From Ylistrum balloti (lineage: Eukaryota): a stretch of 64,000 nucleotides of DNA. The position numbers and the translations under genes are program-made. Where the stretch lies: assembly GCF_031769215.1 (NCBI RefSeq), contig NW_026782072.1, positions 1,116,001 through 1,180,000 on the forward strand, read 5' to 3'. Shown here in pieces: positions 11,050-22,689 of this stretch. Under the pieces are notes generated by a model. The model made no database searches and was not told the origin of the DNA. It saw only the letters and a program-made list of their open reading frames with translations. How positions within the stretch are numbered: position 1 is the stretch's first letter; the number at the start of each line of letters is the position of its first letter.

Positions 11050-12250
11050 TCATCCTCGTCAACATAACAATGTTTTGGACACCATAAACATTGATTATCA
11101 ACAAAACTTTGTTTCTGGACACCGCTAGCAATGATTGTCAACATAACTTTGTTTCTGGATACCCAAAACAACGATTTTCAATAAAATGTTTTTAGCCACC
11201 GCAAACAATTATTGTCAACAAAGTCATGTTTCTAGATACGGCAAACAACAATTTTAAACATAATATTATTTCTTTACACCACAAACAATGACTGTACCCA
11301 AAACCTTGTTTCGGGGAACTAAAATTATTCTTGTCAAAAATCGTTGTTTCATGACACCATTGAACAATGATTGTCAACATTACGTTGCATCTGGACACCA
11401 CAAATAACGATTGTCAACATCACGTTGTTTCTAGTAACTAAAGCAACGTTTGTCTACAACACGTTGTTTCTGGACGCGATCAAACAATGATTATCAACAA
11501 ATCGTTGTTTCTGTACAACTGCAAACAATGATAACCAGCATAACATTGTTTCTGGACACCATTCACAATGCCTGTCGGCATAGCGCTGTTTCTGGACACC
11601 ATTCACAATGCCTGTCGACATAGCGCTGTTTCTGGACACCATTCACAATGCCTGGCGACATAACATTGTTTCTGGACACCATTCACAATGTCTGTCGACA
11701 TAGCACTGTTTTTGGACACCATTCACAATGCCTGTCGACATAACATTGTTTCTGGACACCATTCACAATGTCTGTCGACAGAGCGCTGTTTCTGGTCTCC
11801 ATTCACAATGCCTGTCGACAGAGCGCTTCATTGTTTCTGGACACCATTCACAAAGCCTGTCGACAGAGCGCTGTTTCTAGGCACTAAAACAACTATTTTC
11901 AACATAACGTTTCTGGGCACCATCAACAATGCCTGTCAACATAACGTTGAACAATGATTGTCAAAATAAAACGTGGCATCTGTACAACACAAACACCGAG
12001 TGTCAACAAAACGTTGTTTCTGGACAACATAAACACCGAGTGTCAACAAAACATTGTTTCTGGACAAAACAAACACCGAGTGTCAACAAAACATTGTTTC
12101 TGAACAACACAAACACCGAGTGTCTACAAAACATTGTTTCTGGACAACACAAACACCGAGTGTCAACAAAACAATGTTTCTGGACAACACAAATACCGAG
12201 TGTCTACAAAACATTGTTTCTGGACAACATAAACAAAGTTTGTCAACATA
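11050..12250. repeat. ~40-bp tandem array with a divergence gradient
   Basis: The core GTTTCTGGACA is kept throughout. The left units are degenerate, 11540-11880 is a homogeneous CCATTCACAATGCCTGTCGACA type, and 11990-12240 is a homogeneous ACACAAACACCGAGTGTCAAC type. Confidence 0.9.
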
Positions 12251-12629
12251 ATTTTTAACGATCATTCATAGATTATGTTGGAACCTCGATGTTTTCAGTA
12301 TAGTTCCCCAGATTTCTTCTGATGTAAAATTGAATTAATGATTCTGGAATTAAAGTCCAAAGGTAGTGATTAAAATATGAGAAAGTAACCAAGAACTAAT
12401 ACCAGTTTGTCAATCAGATTGATTTACAATAGTCTGTTGTATATGTTTTATCTTAAAAGTTTATACAACTTCAACCAGCATCGGATCAAAATTAGTACAT
12501 GCTTGTGTATTAGAACTGAGTGAATATGACATGTATTTTATGGTGGAGAGCTGTATATCTTACTTTGGTATGACACCGACTCAGTACAAACATAAGAGAC
12601 CCATTTGCTTTACCAAGATTATTAATGTT

Positions 12630-15600
12630 TTATGTTTTTGGTGGTGGTTTGCTGTGAGGTGTAGTCCTCTTTCCTACTGTTCTAGAAGCTGGAAGTGCCT
12701 TGGCCCGACCTCTTCCTCGCTCAGCTTTTTGCTAAAACAAAAACAAAAAAATGATATATCTCAATATTTGAAAGAAAACAGTAAAAAGTTAAAGTAAACA
12801 AACAAAATTTTAACATCAAGAAAATAACAAAAATGGAAACCAAATACCATAGTTTAAATTCTTCATCAATAAGAGGTCATGGTATAGAGACTGATCACAA
12901 ATACATACCAATTGTGTAACTGTACAACACAATCATGATTGGATATCAATGGTGTTATTTAGTGCAGTCATGCCTGAACATCAATGGTGTTATTTTAGTG
13001 CACTCATGCCTGAACGTCAATGGTGTAATTTAGTGCACTCATGCCTGAACGTCAATGGTGTCATTTAGTGCACTCATGCCTGAACGTCAATGGTGTCATT
13101 TAATGCACTCATGCCTGAACGCCAATGGTGTCATTTAGTGCACTCATGCCTGAACGTCAATGGTGTAATTTAGTGCACTCATGCCTGAACGTCAATGGTG
13201 TCATTTAGTGCACTCATGCCTGAACGTCAATGGTGTCATTTAGTGCATTCATGCCTAAACGTCAATGGTGTTATTTAGTGCACTCATGCCTGGACGTCAG
13301 TGGTGTTATTTAGTGCACTCATGCCTGAACGTCAGTGGTGTTATTTAGTGCACTGATGCCTGAACGTCAATGGTGTTATTTAGTACAATCATGTCTGAAC
13401 GTCAATGACGTTATTTAGTGCACTCATGCCTGAATATCAATGTTATTTAGTGCACTCATGCCTGAAAGTCAATGGTGTTATTTAGTGCACTCATGCCTGT
13501 ACGTCAATGGTGTTATTTAGTGCACTCATGCCTGAATGTCCATGGTGTTATTTAGTGCTCTCATGCCTCTACGTCAATGGTGTTATTTAGTGCACTCATG
13601 CCTGAATATCAATGGTGTTATTCAATAAACTCATAAAATTTCAAACATGTCATTTCTCAATACACTTGTGACTAAATATGATGTACCAATACACTCATTA
13701 ATAAATATCAACTGTCTTTACGTGTTCGATTCACTTCCTCACAAATACCATAGACTGACTTATCACTATACTTTATTTCACAACAAAAGAAAGCAATATT
13801 GAAGAACCAACACACTATATGTCTAAGATTGTGGCTAGGTTCGTGAACGGATACCAGAGGTATTCTGTAGAGCTCCTTACAATGTGGTCAACATAAAGTG
13901 AAAATAAAGGATTCTCAACATCCAGGAACACTTGGCAAATTTACAGAATATAAAGACGCAATCACACAAATTATCTGGAATCTTTTAATCTACTTCATAA
14001 ACTTTCTCCTAAAAATTTCACAAGAACTGTAAAATTTACATCAAAATAAGAACTGTTATATCTGTCCATTATTACGTCACAATTATCTTTATAACCGCAA
14101 AGTTATACTTTATACGTCTTTATATTTTGTAAATTTGTCCTGATGACGGCAACATAGCGGTCGAAACATGTCGACGAATTAGTCCGTAAATAAAACTACA
14201 ACAAGTATTCCTAGATGTTGAGAATCCTGTATTTTCACTTTATATAGTCACAACAGAAATTATAACTCTCATCTAATTTATATGTTCAATAAGCCAAGGC
14301 TACTCCACTATAGTCACAACAGAACTATAATTCTCACTTAAAAATTTTTACAAAAAAATGTTCATTTTAAGCCTGCTTTACCTGTCTGTAGTTGTAGCAA
14401 AACTTACCCTTTCCTGATATCTCCTTTCAAAGTACTCCATGTCTGTCTCCCCTGGTCGTCGCATTGCGGACATTCTCTCAGCTAGGTCAGCATCAGTCTC
14501 ATCTGAATGGCCCGCACCTCCTGATACACAACAAATACTACCATGTGATATCCTCCGCAAAAATTTTTACCAAACACCATTCTAATTGGATGAGTGTTTT
14601 CAGAATAAAAAAATGAAGAAGTTTTACTGATGAAACAATACCTGCTATAGCTCGTTGTTTCATTTGATGATGTTTTATAGACTGGACATTTCCTCGCAAG
14701 AATGGATGGTCTGACGAGGTGATAGGCTGGTCCAAAAACTCCAGCGGAGGTGCACCTTCAACAAACATAAAATACTCAAGTTTTCAGGAAAAATAATGAC
14801 TTTATAGATAATCATACAGTAGAAAATGTACACAATAAAGCACAATATCTTACCTGCAAGTGTTTAAATCTGATCAATTCTTAAAAAAACACAAGTTAAT
14901 GATTTTGGTCAGTTTTTAACAATCAAACTGAGTAATTTCTTTTTCAGTTTCAATGTTTGATTATTTTCTATAACCACCTACCTTCATTATCTAGTACACA
15001 TATTCAACAAATGTAAAGTTCTGCTGGACTAACCTGCACCACTTGGATCTAGTCTCATGTATCCTTCCATAAGTGAGGAGAAGCCGGTCAGTCCACCCAT
15101 GGCCTGGTAGGGTACACCATCTTGACCGACAGGATGACCTCTGGCTAATCTCTCCTCTTTAGTTTCCACGATCATGTGGTGTACATTGTATGGTTCTCCA
15201 CAGCCACAAGTATAGGAGCTCTTAAATCCAACACATTTACAGCCACCTTTATTAAAAAAAAAAAAATCACAGGTCCTACATATTTACTGTCATCATTAAA
15301 AAAATCACAGGTCCTACACATTTACAGTCATCCTTAAAAAAAATCACAGGTCCTACATATTTACTGTCATCCTTAAAAAATCACAGGTCCTACACCGTCA
15401 TCCTTAAAAGAAATCACAGGTTCTACACATTTACAGTCATCCTTAAAAAAGAAAAATCTCATGCAAGCATCTGAATTCCATACATTTACAGACAACCCAA
15501 ACAATAAAACATAGACATACCATTAAGGTTATATGCCATAAAAAAAGGCACAAATCATAAATTTATGTATAAATTAACATGGAAAGCATTGTCTTCATTG

Positions 15601-18600
15601 AAAAAGCAGTTGTATATGACACTAGATATTTTCCTGTGTAGGATTATTTGTCGTATAGCCACAAAAGATCGATTGTAGAAGAATGCTGATGCAAAATATT
15701 AAATTTAGATCATACTGTTTGGGTAAATAACATGTATAAAATCACTATAGATATGTAAATCACATAAGGATGAAAAAAAGTACATGTGATGAATGTAATA
15801 TACCACATCTGGTTATAAAGAATTAAACATACTCTATCAAACTTGAGTTGTAGTTGTTTTGTGGAGCTATCAAACCTGATTCTGTTTTACACTTGTACAG
15901 TTGTGTGTTGAGTTATCAAACATGATCTGTTTTACACCTGAAAAGTTGTTGTGTGGAACTATTAAACCCGATCTATTTTACACTTGTTCAGCTTTTTTGT
16001 TGTGTTGTAATTTCTCACCTGTCTTACACTTGTATGGCTGTGTTTGTGGAGTTATAAATCCTCACCTGTCTTACACTTGTATGGCTGTGTTTGTGGAGTT
16101 ATAAATCCTCACCTGTCTTACACTTGTATGGCTGTGTTTGTAGAGTTATAAATCCTCACCTGTCTTACACTTGTATGACTGTGTTTGTGGAGTTATAAAT
16201 CCTCACCTGTCTTACACTTGTATGGCTGTGTTTGTGGAGTTATAAATCCTCACCTGTCTTACACTTGTGTGGCTGTGTTTGTGGAGTTATAAATCCTCAC
16301 CTGTCTTACACTTGTGTGGCTGTGTTTGTGGAGTTATAAATCCTCACCTGTCTTACACGTGTGTGGCTGTGTTTGTGGAGTTATAAATCCTCACCTGTCT
16401 TACACTTGTATGGCTGTGTTTGTGGAGTTATAAATCCTCACCTGTCTTACACTTGTATGGCTGTGTTTGTGGAGTTATAAATCCTCACCTGTCTTACACT
16501 TGTATGGCTGTGTTTGTGGAGTTATAAATCCTCACCTGTCTTACACTTGTATGGCTGTGTTTGTGGAGTTATAAATCCTCACCAGTCTTACACTGATATG
16601 GCTGTGTTTGTGGAGTTATAAATCTTCACCTGTCTTACACTTGTATGGCTGTGTTTGTGGAGTTATAAATCCTCACCTGTCTTACACTTGTATGGCTGTG
16701 TTTGTGGAGTTATAAATCCTCACCTGTCTTACACTTGTATGGCTGTGTTTGTGGAGTTATAAATCCTCACCTGTCTTACACTTGTATGGCTGTGTTTGTG
16801 GAGTTATAAATCCTCACCTGTCTTACACTTGTATGGCTGTGTTTGTGGAGTTATAAATCCTCACCTGTCTTACACTTTTATGGCTGTGTTTGTGGAGTTA
16901 TAAATCCTCACCTGTCTTACACTTGTATGGCTGTGTTTGTGGAGTTATAAATCCTCACCTGTATTACACTTGTATGGCTGTTTTGTGGAGTTATAAATCC
17001 TCACCTGTCTTACACTTGTATGGCTGTTTTGTGGAGTTATAAATCCTCACCTGTCTTACACTTGTATGGCTGTGTTTGTGGAGTTATAAATTCTCCCCTG
17101 TCTTACACTGATATGGCTGTTTTGTGAAGTTATAAATCTTCACCTGTCTTACACTTGTATGGCTGTGTTTGTGGAGTTATAAATTCTCACCTGTCTTACA
17201 CTTGTATGGCTGTGTTTGTGGAGTTATAAATCCTCACCTGTCATACACTTGTATGGCTGTGTTTGTGGAGTTATAAATCCTCACCTGTCTTACACTTGTA
17301 TGGCTGTGTTTGTGGAGTTATAAATTCTCACCTGTCTTACACTAATATGGCTATTTTGTGGAGTTATAAATCCTCACCTGTCTTACACTTGTATGGCTGT
17401 GTTTGTGGAGTTATAAATCCTCACCTGTCTTACACTTGTATGGCTGTGTTTGTGGAGTTATAAATCCTCACCTGTCTTACACTTGTATGGCTGTGTTTGT
17501 GGAGTTATAAATTCTCACCTGTCTTACACTAATATGGCTATTTTGTGGAGTTATAAATCCTCACCTGTCTTACACTTGTATGGCTGTGTTTGTGGAGTTA
17601 TAAATCCTCACCTGTCTTACACTTGTATGGCTGTGTTTGTGGAGTTATAAATCCTCACCTGTCTTACACTTGTATGGCTGTGTTTGTGGAGTTATAAATC
17701 CTCATCTGTCTTACACTTGTATGGCTGTGTTTGTGGAGTTATAAATCCTCACCTGTCTTACACTTGTATGGCTGTGTTTGTGGAGTTATAAATCCTCACC
17801 TGTATTACACTTGTATGGCTGTTTTGTGGAGTTATAAATCCTCACCTGTCTTACACTTGTATGGCTGTGTTTGTGGAGTTATAAATTCTCACCTGTCATA
17901 CACTTGTATGGCTGTTTTGTGGAGTTATAAATCCTCACCTGTCTTACACTTGTATGGCTGTGTTTGTGGGGTTATAAATTCTCCCCTGTCTTACACTGAT
18001 ATGGCTGTTTTGTGAAGTTATAAATCTTCACCTGTCTTACACTTGTATGGCTGTGTTTGTGGAGTTATAAATTCTCACCTGTCTTACACTTGTATGGCTG
18101 TGTTTGTGGAGTTATAAATCTTCACCTGTCATACACTTGTATGGCTGTGTTTGTGGAGTTATAAATCCTCACCTGTCTTACACTTGTATGGCTGTGTTTG
18201 TGGAGTTATAAATTCTCACCTGTCTTACACTTGTATGGCTGTGTTTGTGGAGTTATAAATTCTCACCTGTCTTACACTTGTATGGCTGTGTTTGTGGAGT
18301 TATAAATTCTCCCCTGTCTTACACTGATATGGCTGTTTTGTGAAGTTATAAATCTTCACCTGTCTTACACTTGTATGGCTGTGTTTGTGGAGTTATAAAT
18401 TCTCACCTGTCTTACACTTGTATGGCTGTGTTTGTGGAGTTATAAATCTTCACCTGTCATACACTTGTATGGCTGTGTTTGTGGAGTTATAAATCTTCAC
18501 CTGTCTTACACTTGTATGGCTGTTTTGTAAAGTTATAAATCCTCACCTGTCTTACACTTGTATGACTGTGTTTGTGGAGTTGTAAATTCTCACCTGTCTT

Positions 18601-21581
18601 ACACTAATATGGCTGTTTTGTGAAGTTATAAATCTTCACCTGTCTTACACTTGTATGACTGTGTTGGTGGAGTTATAAATTCTCACCTGTCTTACACTGA
18701 TATGGCTGTTTTGTGAAGTTATAAATCCTCACCAGTCTTATACTGATATGGCTGTGTTTGTGAAGTTATAAATCTTCACCTGTCTTACACTTGTATGGCT
18801 GTGTTTGTGGAGTTATAAATTCTCACCTGTCTTACACTTGTATGGCTGTTTTGTGGCGTGATCATCTGAAAAGTGTTTACATGTACATCTCAGAGCCTGA
18901 CTTCCATTGCGAGGTACATAATGGTAGGTAACACAGCCACAACCTTTCACTTTACATGGCAGTAGTAATGGTCGGTCATCAGGTATATTCTCAAAGTCTG
19001 TCTTGTGACTTGAATATCTACATGAAAATGATATGGATTAAGTATGGTAACACTTTCCATGTTTGTCCTGCAGTAAGCCCAGGAGCTAGCATTTAATCAC
19101 TGACACAAACATGGGGAGTAAGATTATTGCTGGACAATGAAATAACATTTATTGGCATTTTTGAAGAACTGAATTGGATACATATGGATTAATAAATTCT
19201 GAAAAAATTTCAAAAGTATAGACTTCTTTTGTGCTGATACTTTAAAAAGATTTAAACTTTGTTTATTATGATAAATACCAGTTCCCAATTCAAACCTACA
19301 TGTCTGTAAATAAACACATACAAAAATCAATTAAGATATTGTAAAGGAGCTTGATTAAATCATGCTAATCATGAGTGACTAAAAACTTACTTGTGAGTAC
19401 AAAAGCACTTTGTTTCTGGACCTACAAGTTTGCAGTCCATGCCACTCGGTGCTGCCCATGCTGTGAATATTCTGTTTTTAAGTCGCTGTATAATAATGAG
19501 AATGATAAGATATTAAGATTAAAAAACAAATACATGTGTCAACAAAGTTTCTGTCAACATAGAAATAGTATTTAGTAGTAAACAAGAAAAATGAGTCTAC
19601 TGCAGACTGAGCAACTATGTTTAACATAATCTGCCTTTTTATTTACAGATTCAATAGCACTTACCATTGGCAGCACTTTTTTTTTGTAAGCTTCATATTG
19701 CTCTGGTGTAAACATGACACCACCATCATCATCACCAACTATCCTGGAATACAAGTGTGTCACTAATATAATATAAACCTACTTTCTGAATATCTTATAC
19801 AGTATATTGTAAGTATATATGAAGATATAGAGCCAACCCTGTAGTCTTTAGTAGCGGATTACAGTATCTTCGCCGCCCGCCTGGATACCCGAAGGTATGC
19901 AGTGGATTAAGGAGAAAGGGAAAACTTAGAGTAAAGATAACTCAATCCAACAGGTCGGGGGGCAGGTTCCTTAAGATTTATTAAGGTAGTTGGTCTACCG
20001 GTTTCAGGACCTGATGAAGCCCAACTAAGTGGGCGAAACCGGTAAACCGACTACCTTAATAAATCTTGTAAGTATATAGATATGCCGCCATCACCTACAG
20101 CTATCCTGGAATACTTATATATCATTAATTACATACAACAAATGTCAGTTTCAATACGGTCTTATTCCTATAAGTTACATAAGATTGCACACACATGAAG
20201 AACTGGGTGCACAACTGTATGTACATGATGCATATCCTATATGCCTGTCCAGTTATGATTAATACATTGTATCTACATGTTCACATTACAATACAAATCA
20301 ATAGATACTTAGTCCAAAGGGTTCTGACTATCTATTCACCATTTTTAGTTTTGTCTTGTTTGATATCAACTGCACCAAAGACAAAAGTAAAATTGTGACT
20401 TGATCTATTCAGACCTCTTGGACATCCATGTAGAAACACATAGCAATGAATGTATATATAAATTGTATTTCCAGATCTACATAATGTACAAACAAAATTT
20501 ATGTGTAGTCAGACAAAAATAACGTACAAACAAAATTTATGTGTAGTCAGACAAGATCATAGGTAAATATATGTAACATGGAATTTGAGCCTAATTATTG
20601 TAAAATTGCAGTACATGTACAATAAACACATATACGAGGATCATGCCATGCATGTACCAGAAGGTTTGGGAGGTGCGTGTGCATATACTTATGTAGGGGG
20701 CATGACCTCACATAATAGAGCTATGCCCAGGTTCTAGTGTGGGGTTCCACTTGGCTATGTAGTAATTAATGATCAGTCACATAACACATTTAACATATTT
20801 TATCAAGAGAACAAAAGTAACAAATACAATACATGTGATGAGACCCCTTACCTAAGGCCATTGCTAGGACACACACAACATAAGGGTCAGCTCCTGGCTT
20901 GTCCCTGGACACAACACTGTCAACACATAGGACATACATATTCAACCACCCTCCTAAAGAGCGACAGTGACCAACACGGTGACAGATGAAGACAAAGAGT
21001 TGGACAACCGAGGGCTACTGACTATCTGCCAAATACATGATGATGATGGTTTTTTGTCTCCATGACTTTGCCCGCTGCAGGGCATTGTCCAATCGACTAG
21101 AGTCAATTCTCTGGCAACGTGCAATGCCAAATATGTGTGCACTACCATATCTGATAAATACCGACAGCCAATGACAAACATAATTAGACAACAAAGCCAG
21201 TTGCCAATCAGCTTACAGCTTCCTAGCTATTCCTGACACAACATGGACAACAAAAATGACAGTTTCACAACTAGCACTAAAGACCTATACTCATATACCT
21301 CATTTTTTACACTTGTACATGTGTGTATAACTTCAAGGTTATCTTCCACATCATCACATTCATAATACAGAGTTTCCCCTGGCTCTTACACCGGAATTAA
21401 ACATTTTGACGGACAGATTAAATACATATCAACAGTCATCTGGTCATATATACATTTGTATGCACGTGTACATCTGTGAACATGGGTAATCATCTGGTAA
21501 TTACCGTTTATATTCCAGGTAAGCATCAACCGATGCGCCGGCGTTTCCACCAAACTTCAAGTGGTACTGCCTTTCTGCCAT
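12630..21581 (-). CDS. FAM221A: FAM221A homolog, 8 coding exons, 327 aa
   Basis: Exons (minus): 21581-21505, 19743-19665, 19485-19391, 19017-18827, 15246-15034, 14755-14642, 14520-14408, 12731-12630. All junctions are GT-AG with consistent phases, giving 984 nt. The peptides VDAYLEYKRIVGDDDGGVMFTPEQYEAYKKKVLPM, GMDCKLVGPETKCFCTH, AMGGLTGFSSLMEGYMRLDPSG and YFERRYQER match human FAM221A as I recall it. Confidence 0.95.
12945..13625. repeat. 35-bp minisatellite (~19 copies) in the last FAM221A intron
   Basis: Unit CAATGGTGTTATTTAGTGCACTCATGCCTGAACGT. Confidence 0.96.
13894..14260 (+). mobile_element. Penelope-like 3' end with an inverted tail copy
   Basis: A 41-bp inverted repeat at 13894-13934/14202-14242 (3 mismatches), a hammerhead at 14132-14180 followed by AATAAA (14189-14194), and a weak GIY-YIG-end-like peptide YLESFNLLHKLSPKNF upstream. 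Confidence 0.72.
14132..14180 (+). ncRNA. Minimal hammerhead ribozyme motif (antisense to FAM221A)
   Basis: AAUUUGUC-CUGAUGA-cggcaacauagcgguc-GAAA-caug-UC|GACGAAUU. Stem I is 8 bp (one G-U), stem III is the palindrome ACAUGU, and GUC cleavage is predicted after 14172. Confidence 0.78.
15254..15456 (-). repeat. ~39-bp tandem repeat (5 units) derived from the FAM221A intron 4/exon 5 acceptor junction
   Basis: Unit on the minus strand: TTTTTTAAG|GATGACTGTAAATGTGTAGGA. True junction: TTTTTAATAAAG|GTGGCTGTAAATGTGTTGGA. Confidence 0.85.
16005..18856 (-). repeat. 47-bp minisatellite (~60 copies) spanning the FAM221A exon 4/intron 4 donor junction
   Basis: Unit on the minus strand: CACAAACACAGCCATACAAGTGTAAGACAG|GTGAGGATTTATAACTC. 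The terminal unit supplies the last exon-4 codons and the real donor (18827|18826). Degenerate units continue to ~15850. Confidence 0.97.
19807..20078. mobile_element. Solo inverted pseudo-LTR of a Penelope-like element in FAM221A intron 1
   Basis: A 13-bp direct repeat TTGTAAGTATATA at 19807-19819 and 20066-20078 (TSD-like); 33-bp inverted arms at 19973-20005/20035-20067 (2 mismatches); hammerhead core followed by AATAAA. Confidence 0.72.
20011..20044 (+). ncRNA. Hammerhead core lacking a usable stem I (probably inactive in cis)
   Basis: CUGAUGA-a-GCCCA(acuaag)UGGGC-GAAA-ccgg-UA has a perfect 5-bp stem II and the stem III palindrome ACCGGU. The upstream CAGGAC does not pair with the downstream AACCG. 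Confidence 0.6.
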
Positions 21582-22689
21582 CTTGAAATATTAACAAAAG
21601 TAACAAAAAAAAATCGATTATAGCTACAATTTAACAGATAGATTGTCTAGAGTTTCAGAAGGCCTACAAATTGTGCGTTGGACAGAAATTTAAACAATGT
21701 ATGCTGGGACGTATCGGCTGTTAGTTGTGTCTGTTGTATTCTCCTAGTAATGGAGGGCATGTACATAAACAAAATGTAACTATGAGGTTCTGTGTATCCT
21801 TTGCTGAAAAAATACAGTATACTGCAAGATCCCTTTCTATCTCATACTGAAGCGTTCACTGTTCAGCTAGCAACATATAAACAGGAAGTCAGAGGGAGGT
21901 AACTCTATATGTAGTTTCGATTCGCAACAAACACGCAAGGCGCCTTTTAAATACTGAATTACCTGCCTTAGCATGGTTACAACTTTTTCTTTGATATATC
22001 GTTAACAAATAAAATGTGTGTCACGGAATTTATGTTACTAATTCGAGTTACTGATAACATTGCTTCAGATTGCGACATTATCATGAAATGGTGACCTCTC
22101 ATTATCAAATATCCTAAGTGAGTCAACAAAATATTGCCGACTTTATGGCAAACCCAAGTTGTTATTTGTTTAACAAAATGATATATCGTTATACAATTCA
22201 TCGTCAAATGTATACGATACATACTCATATAAGATATCTAAAATAGCTTCTTGAAGAACAGGATCAAAATCTCTTTTTGAACTTGCATTTCAATTTAACT
22301 TTATTTTCATAAGCAAATCACAATACGACGTACAATGTTTAACAAGAAACATTGAGATTTTGTCACTTAGAAACTGTTTATAGAGTACCATTCAGATAAA
22401 TACACAGTACTCACGAGACCTTATTTCCTTCTTTGTTTATAAAACAAAGGAAAGCAGTAAAGAAGAAAGAAAAAAAAAGCTAGGAGAAATGTAGTGACTT
22501 AGACGTCCTTTATGTCAAAGTCTCCGGAAGACTAATCATTCATTGATAATCAGTGACAAAAACCTGAAACCTTCTATCGTCTCTAGTTATCATGTACCTG
22601 GATAAACGATACTAGATAACGGGGAGTAAATGATATCAATGGAATATATTGATTTTAACATTTTCATTAGTAAATTTGGTTTATATTAT

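Noticed and set aside
1-12600. COG5 host gene around GPR22, as in vertebrates
   Set aside because: No COG5-like exon was recognised; the flanking coding-like DNA is better explained as a Polinton relic.
17263-18015. ORFs MWSYKSSPVLHLYGCVCG...
   Set aside because: These are antisense translations of the 47-bp minisatellite.
16005-18856. Recursive-splicing (AG|GT ratchet) sites in each 47-bp unit
   Set aside because: CAG|GT is present, but the sequence upstream of the AG is A/C-rich with no polypyrimidine tract, so it is a poor 3' splice site.
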